This document shows, piece by piece, positions 38,481 through 51,500 of a DNA stretch of 64,000 nucleotides; the first letter of the stretch is position 1; each line of letters opens with the position of its first letter. Below the pieces are notes generated by a model. The model had not been told where the DNA came from, searched no databases, and saw only the letters and a program-made list of their open reading frames with translations. The position numbers were made by a program, and so were the translations under genes. The stretch comes from Chiloscyllium plagiosum (taxonomy: Eukaryota), in contig NC_057753.1 in the NCBI RefSeq assembly GCF_004010195.1, positions 4,508,900 through 4,572,899 of the forward strand, written 5' to 3'.

Positions 38481-41011
38481 AGACCTGCACATGTTCTCTT
38501 CCCCCCCCCACCACTTATTGTCATCCACAAACCTGGCTCGAGTAAATTCACTCCCCTTGTTCCCCTCACCAGTCTGAGATGCTGTAAATTTTGGATGCTG
38601 TCTGGGTTCTTGTAGCATTGTGCTATTTTGAGGATGTTGGCCTGTATGCTTCCTTTATCAAGTTCATTGTATTAGCTTAGCCCATCCCCTCTTACTAATA
38701 CTGTCTCTCTCGCTCCAACACAAGTTTCTTCAGCATTAATGCAGGAGAATGCATGTTTCCAAACATATGCAAACCAATATCATATCGACTGTTTCCTGTT
38801 TCTATCCTGATTGGTTAACAATTCAAAATAGTCCAGTCTCCTCATAAGTCATGTTGACGTTGCTTGATAATATCAATGTCCTGCTTATAGTAGACTAACA
38901 TTTTGCCAAGACTGCTTTGTTGGGTCACTTCAAGCATGTTGCTATGGGTCTGGAGTTACGTGTAGGCCAGACCAGTGAAAGCTGGTGTATTTTCCCTCCA
39001 GAACATGGAATCTGTTGGATTTTCCCCAGTGTGCTTCATGGTTCACCACACTTCCATGAGAGAACACGAAATGGAATGATAGGTCTATCTGGCAATGTCA
39101 AACTGTTCCCAGCCCCTCTCTTCAAAGGCTGAAATGCCTTGAGCTACTGCAGTCCGTAACAGAGGAACCTGTCAGGACTGTGACCCAGTGACAGGGAAAG
39201 AATGCCAGTTGAATCTGTGGTGAGCCTTCAAGGGTGTTTCACTAGTATTTCATCCAGTGGGCTGTTTTGTCTTCAATAGAGCTGAGCTTGAATGTTGGAG
39301 CTAACTATCTTGTCAGAAGGATGCAGATTCCACTTTGGGCAGTTTGAGTGGGTAAATGTATCATTAAGTATGAAGTGAATAAATGAGTTAACCCAGTTTT
39401 ATTGCAAATAGGAGGAAATTTCTGATGGAGAAATTGAAGATCTAGATGTCTGCTTTCACCCTCCGTTGAGGGTAAGCATGCGCTCTACCAGATGTAGGCA
39501 GCAAATACTATCGTGAGGATTGGAGTGCAGGAGCAGGGTGAGAGCCGACCTGGAGTATCATGTGGTTTTAGTCTCTTTATCCAAGGAAGGTTGGTCACTC
39601 TATAATGGAAGTGCGATGAGGGTTTAACAGAATAATTCCTGGGTGGGTAAGACTGCTATACAAGATGACACTTCAGTGGTGAGCACTCGCCTGTAATTTA
39701 TTGCCCTGTAGAAAACTGAAATCTCAATCTGCATGAAGGGTAGAAATAAAAACACTGCTCCTGACAGTTCTGGACCTGCCTGTCAGAGGCCAGATGTGGG
39801 ATAACACTGCAGGGGCAATTCTTCCCCCCAAAACAGGTCAGCCTATGGAACTTGCTGCTACAGGAAACTTGAAACATTTACATATCTGAAGAGGGGCAGC
39901 TGTTTCAATCCCAAAAAAACTGAAGCATCAAGGCAGACAGGGCTGTCAATCAAACCGGATCCAAGGGCCAATCTCCTCACACTGGCCTCTGTAGGTGGAC
40001 AGAGCTTTGGGGAGTTGGTGACTTGAGTTGCTTTGTAGCATTTGACCTGCTCCTGTCACCACAATATTACAAAGATGTGGGTATACCTTTCCAGAGTTAG
40101 AAAGCAGCACCCAAGTGTACTCAAATGGTAGCAATGTAACACCAGGTCAAACCACTCCATTTCATTGGTGGAGACCAAATTCTAATTTGGCCATTGAGTT
40201 TAAATTATACCCAAAACATATCAGACGAAGATTTGAATTGAGTAATTGGGAATCTTAAAAGCCAATTACACTCCAGAGCATTGGATTATAAGGTGAGGGG
40301 AAAATTGAACAGTTGAGATCTGCCATGTCCTAGCATGTAAGACTGCTTGAAAATATTGAAGTCTCTTTTCGATCAGTAACCTGTTACACATTCCTAACAA
40401 GGAGAAAACATGGGAAAACCTGAAGACAGGAACCTACAGCTGTCTGGTTTTGAGAAGTGTTCTGTAAACTTTAATTGGGAGTTCTATCAGACTAGTATTA
40501 TAGAAGACCAGGTTAGAGAAAAATTCTAAATAGTGGCTAATTCTCATTTGAAGAAATAAAGTTAATTTTTAATTTAAATACTTCCTGGCCACTTGATTTC
40601 TGCACAGGGCGAATCTTGTTTTCCTGTCTTTAAATTGGAGGGTTTACCCCTTGTCATAGCTAGTCTAGTTCCTGTTTCTAGTAATGGTAATACCAGGGTA
40701 TGAGTGGATGTAGTGATAGCAACCTCTTGAATGTGAAGGAGTGCTGTTAGAATCTCAGGTTAGAAAATGACTAACCTAAGCTTGTGGCACAGTTACCTGC
40801 CAGCCTCTGATGCCAGATTTCAGTAGAGTTTTAACCCCTCAGTGCACACCATGAATGTCGTTATCTGGCAGGAAGCTCTCTGGCTCGATACAGACACATG
40901 AAGCAGATTAATTTCTATTGCTTTTAAGGTGTGTGCTGTTGCTAACTATTGAGTCACCATCACTGGTTCTGATCTCTTTACCTTCCCCCACACGCTCTCC
41001 TTGTTTTACAG

Positions 41012-41114
41012 AATTGGATGAGTCAACTGATTTAATGGAGACCACATCTTCTGACACTTCCCAGTCAGCTGATCAGCCCAGTGTCATTGCTGACACACCC
41101 ACCCAACTATTGAT
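41012..41114 (+). CDS. Candidate internal exon of TPX2-like gene (phase 1 to 2)
   Basis: Acceptor CTCTCCTTGTTTTACAG|, donor AT|GTAAGT, open frame LDESTDLMETTSSDTSQSADQPSVIADTPTQLL in unique DNA. Confidence 0.6.
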
Positions 41115-41139
41115 GTAAGTACCAAAGTTCTTTTGTCAA

Positions 41140-41860
41140 AGAACAAAAACAAACTTTCCAGCCCAGGAGCAGGCCCTTCAGCTCTCCAAGCCTGACCTGA
41201 TCCAAATCTACTGTCTAAACCCAATTCCTAAGCATCTGTATCCCTCTGTTCCTCACTGACTTGTGCATCTGTCCAGATTCACTTTGAATGAATCTACTGT
41301 GCCTGCCTCTACCACCTCTGGCAATACATTCCAGATTCCCACCACACTGAAGTACTTGCTGTGTGTATCCCCCTTAAACTTTCCACCTCTCACCTTGAGT
41401 GTGACCTCTCGTTATTGAATCCTTCACCCTGGGGAAGAAAGCTTGTCTCTATCCACCCTGTCTATACCCTTCATGAATTTGTAAACCTCAATCAGGTCCC
41501 CCCCTCAATCTCCTTTTTTTTTTAGTGAAAATGAACCTAACCTACTCAACCTCTCTTCATAGCAAGCACCTTCCATCCCAGACAACATCCTCGTAAACCT
41601 TCTCTGCACCTCTCCAAATCATCCACATCCTTTTGCTAATGTGGCGACCAGAACTGTACACAGTATTCTAAATGTGGCCGAACCAATGTCTTGTACAATT
41701 TTAACATGACTTGCCAGCTCTTATACTCAATACCCCCATCCAATGAAGGCAAACATACCATATGCTGCCTTGACCACTCTATCCACCTGTGCAGCAACAT
41801 TCAGGGTACAATGGGCCTGCACTCTCAGATCTCTCTGCCCATCAACCTTTCCCAAGGCTG
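41140..41860 (-). mobile_element. CR1 3' portion, same family as 12575-13790
   Basis: Colinear similarity including the AAGAACAAA tail. Confidence 0.85.
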
Positions 41861-42544
41861 CTTATCAAGTACTTTCAGATGTCTTTATCAAAACTTGCTT
41901 GCCTGATCTATTAAGTGAATATTGGCATCTGGTGGTTGTGGCCTTCTGGATAAATCTTCATAAGACAGTAGGCCATTGGCTCCTTGGCAGACGTGATGAG
42001 CTGAATGGCCTCTGCTTGACTTTTGTATCTGGTCGGAGTCTAGTCTGCCACTTGATCATCCTTGCCCCTCTCTCCTGTCTCTTCCCATGTAAGCCGAGAT
42101 TTCCTGACTGAAGCCTTGAGTATGTATCCTGAAGCATCTTGGACAGCCCTACAACCCTGAGATAAAGAATTCTGCAGGTTCAGTGCTTGGGTATTCTTCC
42201 CCCTCTGGTGTAAGTGGGTGATCTCCTCCAATCTGAGCTTATACCATAGTCATTGTTTGCCACCCATTTAAAATCCTCTTCAAAACCTTCCCTATCAGGT
42301 TTGATTTCTGGCTGGATTGCTGGGCCTATTTCAGAGGGCCTTAAGGTGGCAAGTGTCAGATTCTAACCCCTTCAGGATGGGAACTGTGCTGACCTCGCCT
42401 GGCTGGTCTGGTGCACATGGGGGAGCCAGGTGCACTGTTCCAGTGAATGAGTGCATCAAATCAAATGGGGCAAGAGGAATGGCCTTCCAACCAATGGTTG
42501 GTTGTCTTCCATTAACTCAAATTCTACTTTTTTATTCCCAAAGT

Positions 42545-44850
42545 AGACAGTAGGTGCCAGAGTAGACCATTCTGCCCTTCGAGCCTGCACCACCATTCAT
42601 TATAATCATGGCTAATCATCCTTAATCAGTATCCTGTTCCTGCCTTATCTCCATAACCCTTGATTCCACTATCCTTGAGAGCTCTATCCAACTCCTTCTT
42701 AAACAAATCCATAGACTGGGCCTCCACTGCCCTCTGGGGCAGAGCATTCCACACAGCCACCACTCTCTGGGTGAAGAAGTTTCTCCTCATCTGTTATAAA
42801 TGGCCTACCCCTTTATTTTTAAACTGTGCCCCTTGTTTTGGGACTCTCCCATCAGCAGAAACATGCTTCCTGCCTCCAGAGTGTCCAATCCTTGAAGTGG
42901 GATGGATCACTGACTCCAGGGAATTCCAGCAGAACGGTGGGCATCGCTGGAGCAGTGTTTCCAGAAGTGATGACTGCTCCATGATAGCAGTTAGAGGATG
43001 GACACTAGATCTCAGCCGGAACAGAATGGATTTCCATGGAAACGATGGGTAGTTGATGATGCAACTGGAGGGTCTCATGATTAAAATGATGAATTTTGAG
43101 AGAATCTGATTTGGGAAGTACTTCCTGCATCATGCTTGCCAAGAGATGGGATGAGAATGAGAAGTGCATGCTTTTCTATCCCATACTTCATGGGATTTGT
43201 TGAGCTCTGAGCATTCTTTCCACTGGAGAGTGGTGGGGAGCTAGTCTTTACATGTGTCGTCTACACATGGAGACTCCTACAATGCTGGACGGGGGGTTCA
43301 AAATTCACTCCATTGTGAAACCTGATGGTTCAGTAAAGATTGACAAGGCTGTTGCCAGGGTTGGAGGGTTTTAGCACCAGGGAGAGGCTGAACAGGCTGG
43401 GGCTGATTTCCCTGGAGAGTTGGAGGCTGAGGGCTGACCTTTATAGAGGTTTATAAAATCAAGGGGCATGGATAGGATAAATAGGCAAGTCTCTTCCCTG
43501 GAGTCCAAAACTAGAGGGTGTAGGTTTAGGGTGAGAGGGGCAAGAACTAACAGATGACTTTTTCCTCAAAGGGAGGTCCATGTATGGAATGAGCTGCCAG
43601 AGGAAGCTGGGGATGCTGGTACGTTTTTATAGCCTTTAAAGCATCTGGATGGGTATGTGAATAGGAAGAGTTTACAGGGATTATGGGCCAAGGGCTGGAT
43701 TTGGGTGGCATGGTGACTCAGTGATTAGCACTGCCACAGTGCCAGGGAGATGGGTTTGATTCCAGCCTTGGGGAGACTGTGCAAACTCATGCCCATGTTT
43801 GTGGGTTTCCTCCAGGTGCTGTGGTTTCTTCCACAATCCAAAGACATGCAGGTTAGTGTGAATTGGCTGTATGAAACTACCCAGTATTCAGGGATGTCTG
43901 GGTTAGGTGTATTAGTCAGGGGTAATTGTGAAGTAGGGGGAATGGGTCTGGATGGATTACTCTTTTGAGGGTCAGTGTGGATTTGTTGGGTTGAAGGGCC
44001 TACTTTCTCACAGGGATTTGAATCCTAATGTAACCAGATTGGTTTCAGATATCTGGTTGGCATGGGCATGTAGGACCAAAATGCTTGTTTCTGTGCTGGA
44101 CATCTGACTATTGCCAAGTCAAGCTGGTGATTGGCTTTGAGGAGAACTTTTCAATTCAAAACAGTGCTGTGTTTGATGGTTTCTGTCTCTAAAGGCTTGG
44201 GCAGCTGTGAAAAGTTGGGATTTCACCAGGAACTTCCAGCAATGGGAATGAGTTGGTCATCTGGGGGTTAAAAGGAAGCAGGCAAATATTTCACCCTTGA
44301 AAATGGAGTTAAATTTAATATCACCAAGGAGTATTGAAACTGCTTTCAAAGGGAACAAGTCCTACCCCACACTAGGCTGTTTGCACTGATAAGGGTTCAG
44401 GTCTAGACTTGACAAATGGCTTTCCCCTCAGTAATGAGGTCAGATTAGCTGAAGCCAATGGAATCAGCAGGAGGGTCTAGTGCTATGGAAGTGACAGAAC
44501 TGTCTAGCATTATGGACTAGGCCAGACCACTCAGAACATCCTTCAGCAGGCAGTCCAGTCCATCAAGGTGTAGATGATAAGGCAAGCATTCAGTCTTTCT
44601 CAGGGTTGGGGTGTTGAGGACTAGAGGGCTCCAGTTTAAGGTGAGGGGGAAGAATAAGGGAACTAGAGGAGGAACTGTTTTAGCAGGGGTACACATGGGA
44701 TGAGCTGCCAGCAGAAGTGGTGGAGGTGGGTACACTAACACTTAAAAGGCATTTGGACAAATACATGGAGAGTGAAGGATATGGGGGGAGTGCTTGGACA
44801 TCGTTGGCATGGACCAGGTTGGGCCACAGCCCCTGTCTCTATGCTGTGGC
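42545..44850. mobile_element. CR1 3' fragments (- 42545-42890; + 43345-44105; + 44575-44850) with HE1 SINE (+, ~43703-44015)
   Basis: Conserved CR1 3' motifs (TGGAATGAGCTGCCAGAGGAAG) and SINE head/core. Confidence 0.75.
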
Positions 44851-45458
44851 ACTCTGTCACTGTACTACACTTGTAGTAATCACTTCAAAAGTTGTCAATC
44901 TCCATCTTGGCTTAAAACATGAAGTTGTTTTTCAGTAATGGTGAATCACAGCTTGTAACCAAATAATTCTAGGCTTTTTGAAACCATTAAATCACTCTAA
45001 TAACCCAGAACTCTCAACAGCTCCAAATTCAAGTTTGAGGGGTCACCAATATGCAACCCTTTGTTCTTGCAGGACATGGGTGAACCTGATGAACAAAACC
45101 ATGCTTATTCTGCACTTTAGTGGGATTTGAGTGCATGTCTGAGCCTTACCATGGTAGTGATCTGATTAAAGACCAAGGCAATCTGTGCATTGAGCCAGGA
45201 CATGAGTCAGAAATGTCCCTCTCCTATTTACAAAGGAGGGAACACTTATTGCTGGGGAACTGTCTGCATGCTGAGTTTCAAGAGTCTAAGACTGAGGAGC
45301 TATTAATGCTTTTAGCAGACAGGTATGTGAATCTCTAGGGTATGATGAGATGTACCCTGGGCCACAATCTCATTGGTAGAGGCAAGAAACTGCAGGTGCT
45401 GGAATCCAAAGTCAACGGGCAGGAAGAGCACAGCAAGCCAGGCAGTGTCAGGAAGTAT

Positions 45459-45740
45459 GGGCAGCACAGTGGTTAGCACTGCTACCTCACTGCCAGAGAC
45501 CTGGGTTCAATTCCCATCCTGGGTGACTCTGGAGTTTGCATGTTCTCCCCATGTCTGCGTGGATTTCCTCCAGTTTCCTCCCACAGTCCAAAAAAGTGCA
45601 GGTTGTGAACTGACCATGCTAAATTGCCCCGAGTGTTAGGGGTAAATGTAGGGGAATGGGTCTGGGTGGGTTGTGTTTTGGTGGGTTGGTGTGGACTTGT
45701 TGGGATGAAGGGCCTGTTTCCACACTAAGTAATCTAATCT
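45459..45740 (+). mobile_element. HE1-type SINE
   Basis: GGGCAGCACAGTGGTTAGCACTGC head, GCTAAATTG core, TAATCTAATCT tail. Confidence 0.85.
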
Positions 45741-46586
45741 GAAGTCTGATGTTGCAACTCATTACCCCCACATGAGCAGAGATCTTGCTGTCCATGTTCT
45801 CTGACACAGCAGGATAGGCAACACTAGTTCCAGATTGACTACATGGAGAGCCTGAACTCAATGGAACAGTGATAGATCGTATCACAGATAGCACGTTTAC
45901 AGAGTTGGTCACAGCACCACTCAGGGTTACACTGAAATGGAGTTAGTCACCAGGAAGTCTCAAGTGCATCAAGAGTGGGGGGTGCTGGAAAAAGCACAGG
46001 TTAGACAGAGCAGAAAGTGTTCTGCTTTGGTGGGTTGGTGTGGACTTGTTGGGATGAAGGGCCTGTTTCCACACTAAGTAATCTAATCTGAAGTCTGATG
46101 TTGCAACGCATTACCCCCACATGAGCAGAGATCTTGCTGTCCATGCTCTGACACAGCAGGATAGGCAACACTAGTCTCAGTGGTATAGAAATTGCTGGAA
46201 AATTTGGGATCCGATTAATCAACACACAGGCAGGAATTGATCCAAACAGTCAGTGAAAATTTGCCGGAAGCAGATCCTGTCTAGGCAAAAGTGAGGACTG
46301 GAGATCAGTTGAAGGGTGTGGGGTGCTGGAAAAGCACAGCAGGTCAAGCAGCATCTGAGGAACAGGAGAATAAATGTTTCAGCCCAAAATGTCAACACTT
46401 TCTGCTCTGTCTAACCTGTGCTTTTTCCAGCACCCCCCACTCTTGATGCACTTGAGACTTCCTGGTGACTAACTCCATTTCAGTGTAACCCTGAGTGGTG
46501 CTGTGACCAACTCTGTAAACGTGCTATCTGTGATACGATCTATCACTGCTCCATTGAGTTCAGGCTCTCCATGTAGTCAATCTGGA
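45677..46586. repeat. Complex duplication-inversion A-B(inv)-A-C-B
   Basis: A: 45677-45828 ~ 46026-46175; 45829-46021 is the reverse complement of 46394-46586. Confidence 0.9.
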
Positions 46587-47029
46587 GCTGCCATTAAACA
46601 TGCCCCATCAGTCACCAGTGTCCCAGAGTTTTGCAAAGTGCAGCAGGAGCATTTCATGGGGCTGAGCTCAGCTGCCAGTTTGAACCTGATCAAGTACCAT
46701 CGGTCCAGGAACTCATTGAATGAAATGTCCATTTTGTTGCAAACAAGATTTCTAAAACTTACAAGGATGAAAGTACCTTATAATCCATCTCCCTTCAGAT
46801 GCTATTCAATCTTTACACCGGGTTCCTGATCTTTCAGGCCTACACTAGTCCTATCACCTCCAGGGGTCTCCAGATGCAACTCTGAGCCAATTCAGCTACT
46901 GGTTCAGTAGCTTCTGCTACTGTTTGCACCTAAGTTCACTTTGCTGTGCTGCTGCTGTTCCTGATGTAGAGGCCTCCTCACCTGTCTGAGTCTGGAACCA
47001 GGAACCATTCCTGAATAGTGGACAGCAAG

Positions 47030-47552
47030 CTGGCTGTGGTTAGCACTATTGCCTCACAGCACTAGGGACCCAGGTTAGATTCCAGCCTCGGGGTGACTGT
47101 GCAAACTCAATGTGTTGGTTTCCTCCCACAGTCCACAGGGTGAATTGGCTGTGCTAAATTGCCCCATAGTGTTCAGGGATGTGTAGGTTGGTGCACTAGT
47201 CAGGGGTAAATGTAGACGAATGGGTCTGGGTGGGTCCCTCCTTGGTCAGTGGACTTGTTGGGCTGAAGGGCCTGTTTCCCCACAGTAGGGAGTTCTGAGG
47301 GGAGAATTTGAGACTGAGGGATTTCTTTAGTCAGGATTCTTAGACATTGTTTCTGTTCCCAGGAATGGTGGAACCTGCCACTGACATCAATCCATTTCCA
47401 CACAGCAGATACTGTAGAGAAGTGACTGATCGAAGTGATTGGAGCAGATTGGTTATAATTCCAGTCAGGTGTGGTGCTGGCAAAGCACAGCAGGTCAAGA
47501 CCTTTTCCAGCACCACACTCTTGACTCTAATCTCTAGCATCTGCAGTCCTTG
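47030..47552. mobile_element. HE1 SINE (+, 47030-47290) and tiny PLE fold-back remnant (47461-47552)
   Basis: SINE head/core; GTGTGGTGCTGG...CCAGCACCACAC inverted arms. Confidence 0.7.
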
Positions 47553-48059
47553 CCTGGATATATTGTAACCACTAGACAGCCTGGATCTAAACTTGGGCCT
47601 GATTTAACTTTAACTGTTCCAAGTCATTACTGTACATGAGCCTGTCAAGTACTTTAAGAAAAAAGTCAAGCTTTGCTTTCAGCAAGTTTGTGTTAGCAAG
47701 TCTTGAGTCACCAGATTCACCTCTTTTCTGCACTATAGCTTTAGAAAGTGGGAAAATCTTCCCTTGTTCCAGATTCAACTGGAAAATCACCTGTTCTTTA
47801 ACAAGGAATTCTACCAATTGGTGAATTTGCCATAAGCTGAGACTGAAAACTAACTCAGTTCAACTTGCTGTCCAGACCTTATTGTAAGTCTTGTTTTCTA
47901 CCCCACCCCCCCACCGATGAGATTAATTCTACATTGTTCCGACTGGTTGATGCCCAGCCAGAATACCACGGCCCTGTCGCTTGTGTTTTAGGTTCTGTAC
48001 TGTTCATGGTACTGGAGCAGGATTGTTCCTACTAACAATGTTTGAATTTTGTATTTCAG

Positions 48060-48116
48060 CAGCAGCAGATGGTCTGAACTAGAGCCGACTGTGCCAGTAA
48101 CTCGGACTGTGCCGAA
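48060..48116 (+). CDS. Candidate 57-nt exon of TPX2-like gene (phase 2 to 2)
   Basis: Branch-like ACTAAC (48031), TTTCAG| acceptor, AA|GTAAGT donor; the only open frame is SSRWSELEPTVPVTRTVP. Confidence 0.65.
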
Positions 48117-48559
48117 GTAAGTCTCAATCCAACTGCCTGGCGTTTAGTCTAACTTCCAATCAAACTGTGCTCTTGGAGAAATTGTATGCTTGCTGCCTGA
48201 ACCTTTGTCAAGGGACTAGTAACATCCAGGTGAAAAATGATTGTTGAATTTCCTGTCTACTAACACATAAAATGCATTGCTGTCAACTCCTTAAATTCCT
48301 TTTCTGAAGAACTGGTCACTACTTGAATTTCTAGTCTTCTATAGCTTTGAGACTGGACAACTGCATGTGTTGTACCTGAGCTCCATCCAGGGAGAGGTTT
48401 AAATCACTGTAGCTGGTATTCCACTCAACCAGGGTTGTAAGACACGATCTCTGATACAAATGAGAAGTGGCTTTCAAGTGTCCCTGGTGCAGCTGAAAGA
48501 TATTTGTTTAGCTCTAACTAACTTGCCAGGACATTACAAATGGAAGGGGGAAGCCAACA

Positions 48560-51500
48560 TTGAGGGACTGGTCTGGAGGGAATGTCTTATGAGGAAAGAC
48601 TGAGATTTGGGTCGTCTCATTGTCAAGAAGACTAAGGGGATTTGATAGAGACATACAAGATAGGATTAGGTAGGGTAGACTGCAAGACTTCATCCTAGGG
48701 TGTCAGCATGTATGAGGGGACATAACTACAAATTGAGGGGTGATAGGTTTAAGACAGATGTCAGAGGCAGGTTCTTTACTCAGAGTGGTAAGGGTGTGGA
48801 ATGTCCTACCTGCCAATGTAGTCAACTCAGCCACATTAGGGAGGTTTAAACAATCCTTGGATAAGCACATGGATGATTTTGGGATAGTGTCAGGGGACGA
48901 GCTGAGAATAGTTCACAAGTCAGCACAACATTGAGGGCTGAGGGCCCTGTTCTGTGCTGTATTGTTCTACGAAAGGTTGACTGGTTAGACAGTGTACTGG
49001 TCAATTCATGTCTGAGCTAACTGCCAAAGTTTCCTTGGAATATAACCTGAGCAGATTGTGGAGTATTGTGCCAGCATTTATTCTCCTTCCCAATTGCAAA
49101 TAGTGGTTGAGCCCAGAGTGGGGGCCTGGAGCAACATCTAACCTAGGCCATAAGAAGGCAACTTCCTTCTCTTAAGGACATGGTGGCTCAGTGGTTAGCA
49201 CTACTAGCTGTGTAGAAGGGTTTGACTACAGTCTCTAGCAAACCGGCGTCTGTGTGGGTTTCCTCCCACAATCCAACTATGTGCAGGTTTGGCCATGCTA
49301 AATTGCCTATGGCATTGGGGGGGGGGTGGTGGTGTGGGTGTAGGTTAATGCATTCATCAGGGATAATTGGTTTGGAAGGGTTACTCTTCAGAGGGTCAGT
49401 GTTGGCTTGCAGGGCCAAAGGGCCTGTTTCCACACTACAGGGGTTCTATGAACACTCCATTCTGTGGGTGAGGTGAGTTGGCCATGCTAAACTGCCCAGT
49501 GTTCAGGGTTAGGTGCATGAGTCAGGGTAAGTGTAGAGTAAGGAATGGGTCTGGGTGGGTTATTCTTCAGAAGGTCAGTGTGGACTTGTTGGGCTGAAGG
49601 GCCTGTTTTCACACTGCAGGGATTCTGATTGTCAATCAGAGGTTTTGCTGACTCACCACAGATTCAGTCATGAGATTCAGTTCCAGATGGAACTGTTCCT
49701 AATGGAACCGAATCCAGGTACACCAAAAGCTCATCGCGGTCTCCATGAAGGTCTAGCAATAACACGACTAGGCTGTCATATCCAAGTGCAGATACATCAG
49801 TGCCAGCAAAGAATGGGGGATGAAATGGAACTCCACATTGCAAGCCCTTTAAGGGAAGGATCTCTGCCTCTCCTGCTTGGACTATCCATGACCTCAGACA
49901 TAAAGATGAATAATTGCACTGAAGTGCCCTATTGGCCATCCAATTCGAGCCCAGTTAAGGATGGGTAACATTTGCTGGCTTTGTAATATCTGCTACCAAT
50001 TCCGAAATGTCCAGTCACTAACCAACTAAAAGCGAACCTTTATGTTGGCCTTGCCACAGGGTTCAGGGGTACAAGAATCTTATTGCAGTTGTGTAATGCC
50101 TTCCTGAAAGCTCGCATTAACTCTACAGGTTTAAGGCCCCACTGCAAAGGGAAGAATTGCAATAGAAGTTGACCAGATTAGGATCATTCTGACCTTGGCT
50201 GAATGAAGGGGCTTCACCTGAGAATGAGGTGGTAGCAATGCTGGCTTTACTCTGAGCTGCCAACTGGATGAGTAAGGTTCTTGGTTGTGTAGATGAGCAG
50301 AGATCTCCCTATCCCATGCACATTGATTCCCTGAAAGCTGCCACCCAGGTTGGCAGGGGATGTTAAGACATGCAGCATGTCAGCTTTTATTGGTAAAAGG
50401 CTGGCGTTTCAGAGCCACAAGGTCCTGATGCAGCTGTATAAAACTGTGGCTGCATGTAGGAGTATTACATAGTTCTGGTCACTGCATTTATAGGAAGGAT
50501 GTGGTATTGGAAAGGGTGCAGAGGAGATTGACTAGGATGTTACCTGGTATGGAGGGAAGGTCTCATGAGGAAAGGCTGAGGGACTTGAAGCTGCTTTTGT
50601 TCAAGGTTGAGAGGTGACTTCTCTGTATAAGGTCAGAGGGTTAGATAGGGTGGACAGAGCTCTTCTCACTGGGTAGTGATAGCTAGCATGAGGTGACATA
50701 GCTTTAAATTGAGGGGTGATAGGACAGATGTCAGGTAGTTTGTTTACTTGTAGGGGGCATGGAAAGCCTTGCCTGCAACATAGAGTCCAACTTCAAGGGC
50801 ATTTAAACGGTCATTCCATAAACATGGATGAGAATGGAATAGTGTAGTTTTAGATGGACTTCAGATTGGTCAGCACTTCACATTGAGCCAGAGGGCCTGT
50901 ACTCTGCTGTAATGTTCTGTTTGGAGTGGAACCAATCCATGAAGGTGCCAGCCCCTTCAAGCCTCTGAAGATAGTGGAATTACTGGGGGTATGAGATTCA
51001 GGGATGCACAGGAATGAAGAGTTAAGGATCAAGTGTGATCAGTTGTGATCCTGTTGAATAGTGGAGCCGGCTTGAAAGGATGGAGGGTTCTTGCTCCATG
51101 GTTATGCAGCACGGGGAGATGACCAGTCAGGGCAACAAATCCACCCCATCTTCAGGGGAGAAAGGTCAATCCAAAACTAGCTGCCAAGCTATGTAAAGGC
51201 TTGTCTAGCTTGTCAGATCCTGTTATGGAGGCATAGCCAACAATGTGGTGTACCCAGGTATTGAGTTGCTAACACAGCCATGACCCCTATCACCACTCTT
51301 GGGGCAAAGACAGCACTTGGGAATGAGATTAACCCATTCCCCTCTGAGTAATGCACCTAACACTATGGGCAATGTCGCATAGCCAAGTCTCCCTAACCTG
51401 CACATCTTTGGACTGTGGGAGGAAACCGACACAATGTACAAACTCCTCCAGTCACCCAAGGCTGGGATAGAGCCCAAGTCCCTGGTGCTGAGGCTGCCAT

